From Pyrinomonadaceae bacterium (GTDB taxonomy: Bacteria > Acidobacteriota > Blastocatellia > Pyrinomonadales > Pyrinomonadaceae), in assembly GCA_036388475.1 (NCBI GenBank), contig DASVRT010000020.1, positions 18,412 to 82,411 of the forward strand: 64,000 nt of DNA, written 5' to 3'. Made by a program: the position numbers and the translations under genes. Below the pieces are notes generated by a model, which was given only the letters and a program-made list of their open reading frames with translations, was not told where the DNA came from and did not search any database. Below are positions 19,322-31,178 of this stretch, piece by piece. Numbering within the stretch: position 1 is the first letter of the stretch; the number at the start of each line of letters is the position of its first letter.

Positions 19322-20404
19322 TTAACGTTTCTTTGAATACATTTGCAGACAAGCTACAAACAGAATAATAATTGCCTGCAAAACCCAGCCGATATCTTTG
19401 GAAACTCTCGGCGTAAAGGCATCGACGAAAATTTCGCCGCGCTGCAAAACCGCAAAAAACAGCGCGGCGACCAGAACTCCGAACGGATGATTTCTGCCCA
19501 AAAGCGCCACCGCGATTCCCAAAAATCCGACTTCGCCCGAAAAACCGTCGTAATAACGATGACGATAACCGAGAACTTCGCCGACGGCGACCATTCCGGC
19601 GAGCGCGCCCGAAATCGTCATCGCAATAATAATCTGCTTTTGCGGCGAGATTCCGCCGTATTCCGCCGCCGTCGGATTCGCGCCGACCGCGCGCAGCTCG
19701 TATCCCCATTTGGTTTTCCATAGAAAAACGTAGACGAGAAAGCACATCAAAATCGCCAGAATAAAGGCGATGCTGAGCGGCACGTCTTTCGGAATAAACG
19801 GCAGAAATTGATTAAGCTGCGGGATGTAGGCGCCCTGCCCGATTTCGGCGGTTTGCAGCAGCGGGTCGCCCGGAATTTTGTAGTGATACTGCGTCAAATA
19901 ACTGACCAGCGCGATGGCGATAAAATTCAGCATAATCGTGTTGATAACTTCGTGCGAGCCGAATTTCGCCTTCAAAATGCCCGGAATCGCGCCCCAGATT
20001 CCGCCGACGACCATCGCCGTCAGAATACAAAGCGGAATGAGCAAAACGGCGGGCAGACTCATCCAGGACCAATCTTCCTTTTTGCCGAAAACGTCAACTA
20101 CCGCCCCGCCGAATTTGATGCCGACCCAGGCGGTCGCGAAAGCCGCCACGTAAAGCTGACCTTCCGCGCCGATGTTCAAAAGCCCGCAGCGAAACGCCAC
20201 CGCCACCGCCAAGCCCGTAAAAATCAAAGGCGTCGCGTAAAAAAGCGTGTAGCCGACGTCTTTCGCCGAGCCGAACGAATTAGCAAGCAGCAGGCGATAA
20301 GCTTCAAACGGGTTGTCGCCAATCAGCAGAATCACGATGCCGCCCACCACAAATGCCGCCAGAACGGCGACGAGCGGCGAGAGTATTTCACGAAAAATTT
20401 TCAT
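19322..20404 (-). CDS. ABC transporter permease (BMP/nucleoside-type, YufP/NupP-like)
   Basis: 360 aa, multi-TM. It is 4 bp upstream of the second permease. No ATPase or substrate-binding-protein gene is adjacent. Confidence 0.8.
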   Translation of the reverse strand: MKIFREILSPLVAVLAAFVVGGIVILLIGDNPFEAYRLLLANSFGSAKDVGYTLFYATPLIFTGLAVAVAFRCGLLNIGAEGQLYVAAFATAWVGIKFGGAVVDVFGKKEDWSWMSLPAVLLIPLCILTAMVVGGIWGAIPGILKAKFGSHEVINTIMLNFIAIALVSYLTQYHYKIPGDPLLQTAEIGQGAYIPQLNQFLPFIPKDVPLSIAFILAILMCFLVYVFLWKTKWGYELRAVGANPTAAEYGGISPQKQIIIAMTISGALAGMVAVGEVLGYRHRYYDGFSGEVGFLGIAVALLGRNHPFGVLVAALFFAVLQRGEIFVDAFTPRVSKDIGWVLQAIIILFVACLQMYSKKR

Positions 20405-21011
20405 TTTGTTTATTCAGACGGAAAAATTCTATAACCTTCGTTCTGCCGGCGAACAAAACTCAATATCAAATTTGCAGCCATAAACAGAATCGCCGCCGGC
20501 GCAAAAGCAAAATTCAATTGCCGCCATTTTTCGACAAATTTTTCAGGCAGATTTATTTTGGACATCCTTGTAAACTGACAACCGAACATAAACAAAAATA
20601 TAATCAGTCATAACGAGAACCTCGCAGTATCATTAAAGCTCTTTCCGAAACCGGAAACCTCTTTAAAAATAACCGGGCAAAGCAGAACAAAAAATATAGT
20701 CAGCACAATATACCGGGGAATTATGCCTCTCATTTTATTCTTTCTTCGCTTGTCAAAAACTGCTTTTCGATTCGCCGCCCCAACAATAAATACAAACCGA
20801 TTGCGAAAAAAAAAGAAATAATTACGACAGCCGACCGATTTATCTGAGACTCCATACAATTTCAATTTTGTAAATCGCCTCGATTGCTTTTAGCTTTCAC
20901 TTTGTTTCGATGAATTATGCAAGCTAAATATAACTGACGAAAGCATAAAGTGTCACCTGAAAATGTTACTAAGTCATAATTTTTAGCGGTGAAAATTTTT
21001 TGTCCGAAGAC

Positions 21012-21040
21012 TTGACAATGAGACACTCAGGTTTTATTAT
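21012..21040 (+). promoter_or_regulatory. Sigma70-like promoter for hsp20
   Basis: TTGACA (21012-21017), 17 nt, TATTAT (21035-21040). Confidence 0.45.
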
Positions 21041-21123
21041 TAGTACAGACTAAGCAAATAAATTTTATCAGGTTTGTTTGGTCAATAATGCACAAAGAAA
21101 TTTTTGTTTGGAGGAAAATTACA

Positions 21124-21645
21124 ATGAGCATTGTTAAATATGACCCTTTTCGTGATTTACGCAGTTTACAGGATGAAGTGAATCGTTTGTTTTCGATGAG
21201 TTTTCCGCGCGGCGGCGCGCAGCAGGATGAAGTGATGCGCGGCGCGTGGACGCCGAGCGTCGATATCTACGAAGGCAAAGACGAAATCGTGCTCGAAGCC
21301 GAGCTGCCGGGAATGAAACCGGAAGACGTCGACGTTTCGATTGAAAACAACATCATCACCGTTCGCGGCGAGCGAAGATTCGAGAAAAAAGACGAATCGG
21401 ACAATTATCATCGCGTCGAGCGCAGCTACGGCTCGTTCACACGTTCGTTTACGCTGCCGCGCAACGTCGTCGGCGACCAGGCGAAAGCCGATTTTTCAAA
21501 CGGCGTTCTGCACATAACACTGCCGAAGCGTGAAGAGGAAAAAGCGCGCAAAATTCAGATTTCGGGCGCTTCGACGGGCGAATCGCGCACGATTGAAACG
21601 AACGCGACCGAGACCAAGGAACAAGCAAACACGGCTAATGCCTAA
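21124..21645 (+). CDS. Small heat-shock protein (Hsp20 / alpha-crystallin family)
   Basis: MSIVKYDPFRDL...WTPSVDIYEGKDEIVLEAELPGMKPEDVDVSIENNIITVRGER. GGAGGA Shine-Dalgarno upstream. Confidence 0.9.
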   Translation: MSIVKYDPFRDLRSLQDEVNRLFSMSFPRGGAQQDEVMRGAWTPSVDIYEGKDEIVLEAELPGMKPEDVDVSIENNIITVRGERRFEKKDESDNYHRVERSYGSFTRSFTLPRNVVGDQAKADFSNGVLHITLPKREEEKARKIQISGASTGESRTIETNATETKEQANTANA

Positions 21646-21650
21646 TTTTT

Positions 21651-21724
21651 ATTTACAGGGATGACAGGGATAGACAAGGATGAATAGCTATTTATATCCT
21701 TTTCATCCTGTTATCCCTGTAAAT
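21651..21724. terminator. Family B hairpin (ATTTACAGGGAT ... ATCCCTGTAAAT) between hsp20 and clpB
   Basis: Perfect 12-bp outer inverted repeat plus inner CAGGAT/ATCCTG repeats, followed by T-rich sequence. Confidence 0.5.
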
Positions 21725-21741
21725 TTCTTTTGACAAAAAAA

Positions 21742-24339
21742 ATGAGATTTGACAGATATACAATTCGCGGACAGGAAGCGATTCAGGAAGCCATCGGAGT
21801 CGCCGAAAAAAATCAGAACCAGCAGGTCGAGCCGGAACACCTGCTCGCGTCGATGCTTGAGCAGAAAGAAGGAACGCTGCGCCCGATTTTGGGAAAAATC
21901 GGCGCGCGCACCGAAAATGTTTTAACGGACGTGGCGGCGGCGATTGCCAAATTTCCGAAGGTTTCCGGCGGGCAGCAATATTTTTCCTCGCGCATCAACA
22001 CGATTTTTCAAACCGCGCAGAAGGAAGCCGAAAAAATGACGGACGAATATATTTCGACCGAGCATCTGCTGCTGGCGATCGCCGACGAAAAAGAAGGCGA
22101 CGCCGGACGCATCCTGCGCTCGAACGCCGTGACGAAGGAAGATATTGAAAAAGTCGTCACCGATATGCGCGGCGGCGCACGCATCACCGACCAGAACGCC
22201 GAAGAAAATTTTCAGGCGCTGGAAAAATACGCTCTGGATTTGACGGAACGCGCGCGGAAAGGAAAGCTCGACCCGGTCATCGGACGCGACGACGAAATCA
22301 GAAGAACGATTCAGGTTCTTTCGCGCCGCACGAAAAATAATCCGGTTTTAATCGGCGAGCCGGGCGTCGGCAAAACGGCGATTGTCGAAGGCTTGGCGCA
22401 GCGAATCGTTTCGGGCGACGTGCCGGAAACCTTGAAAAACAAGCGTCTCGTCGGTTTGGATTTGGGTTCGATGCTGGCGGGCGCAAAATATCGCGGCGAG
22501 TTTGAAGACCGTCTGAAAGCGGTTTTGAGAGAAATCGAAAAATCGGACGGGCAGATTATTTTGTTTATCGACGAGCTTCACACTTTGGTCGGCGCGGGCG
22601 CTTCGGAAGGCGCGATCGACGCTTCAAATATGTTAAAGCCCGCGCTGGCGCGCGGAATGCTGCGCTGCGTCGGCGCGACGACTTTAAACGAATATCAGAA
22701 ACACATCGAGAAAGACAAAGCTTTAGAGCGGCGTTTCCAACAGGTTTACGTCGGCGAGCCGAACGTCGAAGACACGATTGCGATTTTGCGAGGTTTGAAA
22801 GAACGCTACGAAGTTCATCACGGCGTGCGGGTCAAGGATTCGGCGATTGTCGCCGCGGCGACTTTATCGAATCGCTATATTACCGACAGATTTTTGCCCG
22901 ACAAAGCGATTGATTTGATTGACGAAGCGGCTTCGCGCCTCAGAATCGAAATCGACAGTTTGCCGCAGGAAATCGACGTTTTGGAGCGCGAGATTCTGCA
23001 ATTGGAAATCGAGCGCCAGGCGCTTTCGCGCGAAACGGACGAAAAATCGAAAGAACGACTTGCCGACATCGAAAGACGCATCGCCGATTTAAAGGAAAAA
23101 TCCGGCGCGATGAAGGCGAAATGGCAGTCGGAAAAAGAAGAAATCGAAAAAATGCGCGGCGCAAAAGAACAGCTTGAAGAAGCGAAACTTCAGCTTGAAC
23201 AGGCGCGTCAGGCGGGTGATTTGAACAAAGCCGCCGAGTTGCAGTACGGGCGCATTCCCGAACTCGAAAAGCTTCTGGGCGAAGAACAATCGCGGCTCGC
23301 CGATTTGCAGAAAGACGGCGTTTATCTGAAAGAAGAAGTCGACGAGGAAGACGTGGCGGAAGTCGTGGCGAAATGGACGGGCGTTCCCGTTTCCAAGATG
23401 CTCGAAGGCGAGATGCAAAAATTGGTGACGATGGAAGACAAGCTCCGCACGCGCGTTATCGGTCAGGACGAAGCGCTCGAAGCGGTGTCGAATGCGGTTC
23501 GCCGCGCCCGCGCCGGGTTGCAGGACCCGCATCGTCCGGTCGGCTCGTTTATCTTTTTAGGTCCGACCGGCGTCGGTAAAACCGAGACGGCGAAAGCTTT
23601 AGCCGAATTTTTATTTGACGACGAGCGCGCGATGATTCGGCTCGATATGTCGGAATATATGGAAAAACACGCGGTCGCGCGGATGATTGGCGCGCCGCCC
23701 GGATACGTCGGGTACGACGAAGGCGGGCAATTGACCGAAGCCGTCCGCCGCCGCCCGTATTCGGTCGTTTTATTCGATGAAATCGAAAAAGCGCACCCGG
23801 ACGTTTTCAACGTTTTGCTGCAAATTCTGGACGACGGTCGTTTGACCGATTCCAAAGGTCGCGTCGTCGATTTCAAAAACACGGTTTTGATTATGACCTC
23901 GAATTTAGGCTCGCGCGAGATTTTATCGGTCGGCGACGACCAGACTCAGGTGCGCGAAGCCGTCCAGCAGATTCTGCGCGATTACTTTAAACCGGAGTTT
24001 TTAAATCGTATCGACGACATCGTGGTTTTCGGTCAGTTATCGCGCAAGGAAATCGAACAAATTATCGAGGTGCAGCTTGAAAAACTGCGAAAAAATCTCG
24101 CCGAGCGCGGCATCACGATTGTGCTCGAAGATTCGGCGAAGGAATTGCTGGCAAACGAAGGCTACGACCCGAATTACGGCGCGCGACCTTTGAAACGCGC
24201 GATTCAGACGCTGGTTCAGAATCCGCTCGCGGTCAAGCTTTTGAAAGGCGAAATCGCCGGCGGTCAGACCGTCCACGTAACGGCGGACGACGGCGGACTG
24301 AATTTCACGCCGCAGGCGACGGCGACCGCTTCGGCATAA
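21742..24339 (+). CDS. clpB: Chaperone ClpB (Hsp100 disaggregase)
   Basis: Two AAA+ modules with a long coiled-coil middle domain. N-terminus [13 protein letters not shown] aligns with the ClpB start, so the ATG at 21742 is preferred over the TTG at 21730. Confidence 0.95.
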   Translation: MRFDRYTIRGQEAIQEAIGVAEKNQNQQVEPEHLLASMLEQKEGTLRPILGKIGARTENVLTDVAAAIAKFPKVSGGQQYFSSRINTIFQTAQKEAEKMTDEYISTEHLLLAIADEKEGDAGRILRSNAVTKEDIEKVVTDMRGGARITDQNAEENFQALEKYALDLTERARKGKLDPVIGRDDEIRRTIQVLSRRTKNNPVLIGEPGVGKTAIVEGLAQRIVSGDVPETLKNKRLVGLDLGSMLAGAKYRGEFEDRLKAVLREIEKSDGQIILFIDELHTLVGAGASEGAIDASNMLKPALARGMLRCVGATTLNEYQKHIEKDKALERRFQQVYVGEPNVEDTIAILRGLKERYEVHHGVRVKDSAIVAAATLSNRYITDRFLPDKAIDLIDEAASRLRIEIDSLPQEIDVLEREILQLEIERQALSRETDEKSKERLADIERRIADLKEKSGAMKAKWQSEKEEIEKMRGAKEQLEEAKLQLEQARQAGDLNKAAELQYGRIPELEKLLGEEQSRLADLQKDGVYLKEEVDEEDVAEVVAKWTGVPVSKMLEGEMQKLVTMEDKLRTRVIGQDEALEAVSNAVRRARAGLQDPHRPVGSFIFLGPTGVGKTETAKALAEFLFDDERAMIRLDMSEYMEKHAVARMIGAPPGYVGYDEGGQLTEAVRRRPYSVVLFDEIEKAHPDVFNVLLQILDDGRLTDSKGRVVDFKNTVLIMTSNLGSREILSVGDDQTQVREAVQQILRDYFKPEFLNRIDDIVVFGQLSRKEIEQIIEVQLEKLRKNLAERGITIVLEDSAKELLANEGYDPNYGARPLKRAIQTLVQNPLAVKLLKGEIAGGQTVHVTADDGGLNFTPQATATASA

Positions 24340-24345
24340 GATTTT

Positions 24346-24425
24346 AACAGGGATTTTGGAGGTAAACAGGGATTTTGGAAGATTGCTTTATCCTTAGTCT
24401 ATCGCCTCCATCCCTGTAAATTTCC
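24346..24425. terminator. Family B hairpin downstream of clpB
   Basis: AACAGGGATTTTGGAGG occurs twice, then ...CGCCTCCATCCCTGTAAATTTCC. Confidence 0.4.
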
Positions 24426-24480
24426 TTTGCGATAGATGGTTTGTTAGACTGATTTATCAGCAAATCGTTTATCAAAATTT

Positions 24481-25167
24481 ATGAGTTGGTTTAAGAAAAA
24501 AAATATGAACAGCAATAATGAGCAGGATTACAATCAGGAAATTGAAGAACCGACGGAAGAACTGCCCGTCAACGATAAGCGCCGCTTCAACACCGAAGGC
24601 GAGCGTGTTCGCGTCGAAGTCAAGGACGAAGCCGAAAACCCGAAACAAAACGTCAAATCGCAACGCGAAACCGAGCTGGAAAATCGCTTGAAGGAAGAAA
24701 CTATGCGGCGCGAAGCCGCCGAAGCCAAGCTCGTCGGCGTGCAGGCGAAATTTGAAGAAGTCAAAACGCAGATGGAGCGCGAAACGCAGGAAATGCGCTC
24801 GCGGATGCAGAAAACTTTGGAAGACCGCGCCAAGCAGGGACAATTCAGCTTTCTGACCGCGCTGCTGCCGGTTCTGGACAATCTCAACCGCGCGATTCAG
24901 GCGAGCGAAACCGACGCTTCGTTTGAGCATCTGCTGGACGGCGTGAAAGGCACGGCACGCTCTTTCGAACAGGCTTTGATAAGCGTCGGCGTCGAGGCGA
25001 TTCCGGCAACCGGAATGGACTTTAATCCCGAGCTTCACGAAGCGATTGATATGATTCAGGTCGAGGCGGAACAAGACGGCAAAATCACGGCGGAATACTC
25101 GCGCGGCTACAAATTCGGCGAACGCCTTCTGCGCCCGTCCAAGGTTCAGGTCGGTCGCGGAAAATAA
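24481..25167 (+). CDS. grpE: Nucleotide exchange factor GrpE
   Basis: Coiled-coil N-terminus; LLPVLDNLNRA and GYKFGERLLRPSKV C-terminal motifs. Confidence 0.85.
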   Translation: MSWFKKKNMNSNNEQDYNQEIEEPTEELPVNDKRRFNTEGERVRVEVKDEAENPKQNVKSQRETELENRLKEETMRREAAEAKLVGVQAKFEEVKTQMERETQEMRSRMQKTLEDRAKQGQFSFLTALLPVLDNLNRAIQASETDASFEHLLDGVKGTARSFEQALISVGVEAIPATGMDFNPELHEAIDMIQVEAEQDGKITAEYSRGYKFGERLLRPSKVQVGRGK

Positions 25168-25180
25168 AAACGTATTTCTT

Positions 25181-27450
<2,270 letters not shown>

Positions 27451-27522
27451 AATCGGGCGCAGTTACATAAAAGCCGCGCCGCACGCAATAAATGCAGCGT
27501 ATTAAGACGAAGAATCGGGTTT

Positions 27523-27793
27523 CAAGCCTGATTCTTTAGTTTTTCAACCTGAACGATTAGCTTCCGGACCTAAACGATTAGGTTCGAGACCTAATCCATT
27601 AGCCTTGAAACGTATCCGATTAGGTTCCGGACCTAATCGTTTAGGTCAAAACGTGCTCCGACCAGCTTTCAAGCCTAATCCATTAGGTTCAAGACCTAAT
27701 TCTTTAGGTTCGAGACCTAAAGCTTTAGCCTTTGAACCTAAACGGGTGATGATTTGACCTAATCGCGGCACGATTGAACCTAAAGCGAGCGGC
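27523..27793. repeat. Array of ~13 tandem 21-bp units, each carrying an ACCTAA half-site; several form full palindromes ACCTAA-N4-TTAGGT
   Basis: ACCTAA occurs at 27568, 27588, 27631, (27673), 27694, 27715, 27736, 27757 and 27777, a 20-21 bp periodicity. Perfect units include GACCTAATCGTTTAGGTC and GGACCTAAACGATTAGGTTC. Confidence 0.7.
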
Positions 27794-28040
27794 TTTATCG
27801 AGAGTTGTTTCGTGAAAAGGGACAATCGTTTTGAGTTTCGCCGGAAAGCGAATTGATTTGGAGACGGCTTCCGGCAATTTTTATCAGATAAATTAGCGAA
27901 ACGAATCGGCGGGTTGATGAAAAGCGCTAATCTGCCGATTTGTTTCTTGTCTTTTGTTACTTTGAAAATGTTACAATGTTTCCGGGCATAAATTGTCGCT
28001 CACACGGCATCTAAAGTTTCAGGAGCAGTAAGAGAAATTT

Positions 28041-30320
28041 ATGACAGACTTAGAAGCCTATAAAGATAAATTCAGCGACAGCGGCAGGCGTGTTCTGGAC
28101 GGCGCGATGAACGAATCGAGACGTCGCGACCAGAATTATATTTCTATCGAACACATTCTGCACGCTCTGGCTGACGAGGAAGCCGAGCTTTTTAATTCGA
28201 CGATGCGCGACCTTTCGATTGACCCGCGCACCGTTCGGCTTCTGTTGGAAAAACGCCTTGAAAGCACCCGTGCGCATACGGGCAAAGGCTTTCGCATCGC
28301 GCCTGAAACGACCGACCTTTTTAAACGCTCGATGGAACGGGCGCGCTCGCAGGGTCGCCGCGTGATTGACGGAAGCGATATTTTTTATGTCGTCTCGACT
28401 GACGAGCGCAGTCTTTTAAACGACATTCTGCAAAATTTGGGAGTTCCTTCGGACGAAGTAGCTTCGACGGCGCGAACGCGCATCAAATCGCGCGAGCAGG
28501 AAGAAGAGCGCACGCGCAAAAAATACGAATTGCCGTCATACTTAAAACATTTCGGCGTGAGCCTTAATAAGCTCGCGCGCCAAGACAAGATTCCGCCGAC
28601 CATCGGACGCGAATTGGAAATCCGCCAGATGCTGGAAATTCTCTCGCACCGCGAGCGCTCGAATTCGCCGATGCTCGTCGGCGAGCCGGGCGTCGGCAAA
28701 ACCGCCGTCGTCGAAGGCTTGGCGCGGCTTATCGAACTCGAACCGGAAAAAGTTCCCGAACGCCTGCGCAACGCTCACATCGTGCAGCTGCAAATGGGCG
28801 GCTTGGTCGCCGGAACGATGCTGCGCGGAATGTTTGAAGAACGCATCAAAGGCATCATCGACGAAGTCAAGGAAAAGAGCGATATTATTCTTTTCATCGA
28901 CGAGGCGCACACGATTATCGGCGCGGGCGCGGCGCTCGGCACTTCCAGCGATGCGGCGAATATGTTCAAATCCGCTCTGGCGCGCGGCGAGCTGCGCATC
29001 ATCGGCGCGACGACGATAACCGAATACAAGGAATACATCGGCGAAGACGAAGCGCTGGCAAGACGTTTTCGTTTAGTCAAAGTCGATGAACCGACGATTA
29101 GCGAGACCAAGGAAATTCTTTTGGGTTTACGTCCGCGACTGGAGAAAAATTATTCGGTGACGATTTCCGACGAAGCCATCAACACGGCGCTGGAAATGGC
29201 TCCGAAATACATTCGCAATCTGCATCTGCCCGATAAGGCAATCGGCTGGCTCGATACGGCTTCGGTCAAAGTCGAAATCAACGAGCCGACTTCGGCAGTC
29301 GTCAAACCCGAACACATTATCGACGTCATCTCGCAGGAATCGCGCATTCCGAAAGATATGATTTTCCGCGACACGACCGACCGCTTCTCGCATATGGAAG
29401 ACGTTTTAGGTCAGCGCGTTATCGGTCAGAAAGATGCGGTCAAAGCCGTCGCGCAAAGGCTGCGTCTCAATAAAGGACCTTTGAAGGAAAATCATTACAA
29501 ACCCGACGGCGTTCTTTTATTTTTAGGACCGACCGGCGTCGGCAAAACCGAACTGGCGAAAGCGGTTGCCGAATTTATGTTCGGCGACGAAGAGAAAATG
29601 GTGCGCATCGATATGTCGGAATACGGCGACGGCACGGTCGGCATCGAAAAGCTGATCGGAATGCCGCGCGGCATCGTCGGCTCGGAACGCGGCGGAATTC
29701 TCACCGAACAGCTTCGGGAAAATCCGTACACGGTTCTGCTGCTGGACGAAGTCGAAAAAGCTTCGCCGTATTTAATGAATTTGTTTTTGCAGGCTTTTGA
29801 CGAAGGCTGGATGACGGACGGGCGCGGCAAGAAAGTTTATTTGTCGGACGCGATTGTCATTATGACTTCGAATTTAGGCTCGGAAAGTTTCAAGAAATAC
29901 GAAAAACCGCTCGGCTTCGGGCAGAAAACTCTGGGCGACATCCGCGAAATCAAAGGCGCGGCGATGAAAGCCGCCGAACAGCGTTTCTCGCCGGAATTCC
30001 GCAACCGTATTGACGAAATCGTCGTCTTTTCGCCGTTGATGATGGACGAGGTGCGCGAGATTGCGCGGCTTTATCTGAGCAAATTAAAACGCCAGATGGA
30101 ACGGCAGGGCAAAATCATCGAAATCACGGAAAAAGCGATTGAGCTCGTCACCGAAAAGGGATACAGTCCCGCTTACGGCGCGCGTTTTCTGAAACGTTTT
30201 ATTGACGAGAAGGTGAAGCTGCCGATTACCAATGACTGGAAACTGGCGATGCGCTTTATCGTCGATGCGGAAGACGGCGAGGTAGTCGTCAAAACAATGG
30301 ATGCTTTCAGCTTAAATTAA
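28041..30320 (+). CDS. ClpA/ClpC-type Hsp100 unfoldase with a ClpP-docking loop
   Basis: N-terminal Clp_N repeats; Walker A motifs [10 protein letters not shown] and [11 protein letters not shown] about 280 aa apart (ClpA-like spacing). The sequence KPLGFGQK aligns to the ClpA IGL/IGF ClpP-binding loop. Confidence 0.8.
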   Translation: MTDLEAYKDKFSDSGRRVLDGAMNESRRRDQNYISIEHILHALADEEAELFNSTMRDLSIDPRTVRLLLEKRLESTRAHTGKGFRIAPETTDLFKRSMERARSQGRRVIDGSDIFYVVSTDERSLLNDILQNLGVPSDEVASTARTRIKSREQEEERTRKKYELPSYLKHFGVSLNKLARQDKIPPTIGRELEIRQMLEILSHRERSNSPMLVGEPGVGKTAVVEGLARLIELEPEKVPERLRNAHIVQLQMGGLVAGTMLRGMFEERIKGIIDEVKEKSDIILFIDEAHTIIGAGAALGTSSDAANMFKSALARGELRIIGATTITEYKEYIGEDEALARRFRLVKVDEPTISETKEILLGLRPRLEKNYSVTISDEAINTALEMAPKYIRNLHLPDKAIGWLDTASVKVEINEPTSAVVKPEHIIDVISQESRIPKDMIFRDTTDRFSHMEDVLGQRVIGQKDAVKAVAQRLRLNKGPLKENHYKPDGVLLFLGPTGVGKTELAKAVAEFMFGDEEKMVRIDMSEYGDGTVGIEKLIGMPRGIVGSERGGILTEQLRENPYTVLLLDEVEKASPYLMNLFLQAFDEGWMTDGRGKKVYLSDAIVIMTSNLGSESFKKYEKPLGFGQKTLGDIREIKGAAMKAAEQRFSPEFRNRIDEIVVFSPLMMDEVREIARLYLSKLKRQMERQGKIIEITEKAIELVTEKGYSPAYGARFLKRFIDEKVKLPITNDWKLAMRFIVDAEDGEVVVKTMDAFSLN

Positions 30321-30344
30321 TTTCAAAAGCTGTTTAATATTTTA

Positions 30345-30382
30345 AAAAAGCCGTCGAGCCTGAAATTCGACGGCTTTTTTGT
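30345..30382 (+). terminator. Rho-independent terminator
   Basis: AGCCGTCGA-gcctgaaat-TCGACGGCT followed by TTTTTT. Confidence 0.75.
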
Positions 30383-30475
30383 CGTCCGATTTTTGAAACT
30401 GGTGTAGAATAATTTTCGTTTTAATATAAAAGCGCAAAATGCTTAAAACGTTTGCGCCCGTGCGGGGCAAAAACC

Positions 30476-31039
30476 GTGACTGATATTACTTTGCTAACCA
30501 CTTTTCTGATAATCGGCGGCGTCGGATTTCTTTTTCTGCTGATTTCCCTTGTCGTCGGCGATATTTTCGACATTCTCGGACTTGATTTCGGTTTGGACGC
30601 GAGCCACGATTTCGGCATTTTCGACAGCCGCGTTATCAGCGTCTTTCTGGTCGCTTTCGGCGGCTTCGGCACCATCGGCACGCAGGTCGGGTTCGGCGCG
30701 ACCGGCAGCGCGCTGTGCGGTTTGGTCGGCGGTTTGGCGTTCGGCGCGATTGTTTTTTTCTTCGGAAAATTTCTTTACGGTCAGCAATCGACCAGTTCCG
30801 TCCGCGCGGAAGATTTAATCGGGCGCACGGCGCAGGTCGTCGTCAATATCAAGCCCGACCAGTTGGGACAGATTTCCTGCCGCATCGGCGACGAAAAAAT
30901 CGAAAAACTGGCGCGCACGGCGGGCGGCGAAGAAATAAAAGCCGGTCAGCTCGTTCGCATCGATTCAATCGGCAGCGATTCGGTCATCGTCAGCATCGAC
31001 GCGGGCGAAGGCTTTTCGCTTTTTTCCGAAAAGGCTTGA
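30476..31039 (+). CDS. NfeD-family membrane protein (partner of flotillin/SPFH proteins)
   Basis: Likely GTG start at 30476 (VTDITLLTTFLIIGG...). Three TM segments plus a C-terminal OB-fold-like region. Confidence 0.65.
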   Translation: MTDITLLTTFLIIGGVGFLFLLISLVVGDIFDILGLDFGLDASHDFGIFDSRVISVFLVAFGGFGTIGTQVGFGATGSALCGLVGGLAFGAIVFFFGKFLYGQQSTSSVRAEDLIGRTAQVVVNIKPDQLGQISCRIGDEKIEKLARTAGGEEIKAGQLVRIDSIGSDSVIVSIDAGEGFSLFSEKA

Positions 31040-31178
31040 AACAAACCCGTTTTCAGATTAAAATTCGCACAACCCAAAATAAAAATATCAAATTTTGGTT
31101 TCCTTATCGCCCGAGTTTCATAAGTTTCGCGCGTCAATTTTCAGGCTTGCCGGCGGGCAAGCATAAAGTGAGGTAAAA

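Noticed and set aside
20410-20865. Two small minus-strand ORFs (61 and 85 aa) upstream of the permease gene
   Set aside because: The region is AT-rich and promoter-like. The ORFs are of low complexity, and there is no coding signal or homology.
21730-21741. TTG at 21730 as the clpB start
   Set aside because: The ClpB N-terminal alignment begins at MRFDRYT, which is the ATG at 21742.
21651-24425. Canonical CIRCE or HAIR heat-shock operators upstream of clpB and grpE
   Set aside because: Neither consensus (TTAGCACTC-N9-GAGTGCTAA or CTTGAGT-N7-ACTCAAG) is present. The inverted repeats found belong to a family that also follows non-heat-shock genes.
27523-27793. CRISPR array hypothesis for the 21-bp repeats (also for 43551-43762)
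   Set aside because: The units are contiguous with no unique 30-40 bp spacers. The repeats are too short and too degenerate for a CRISPR array.
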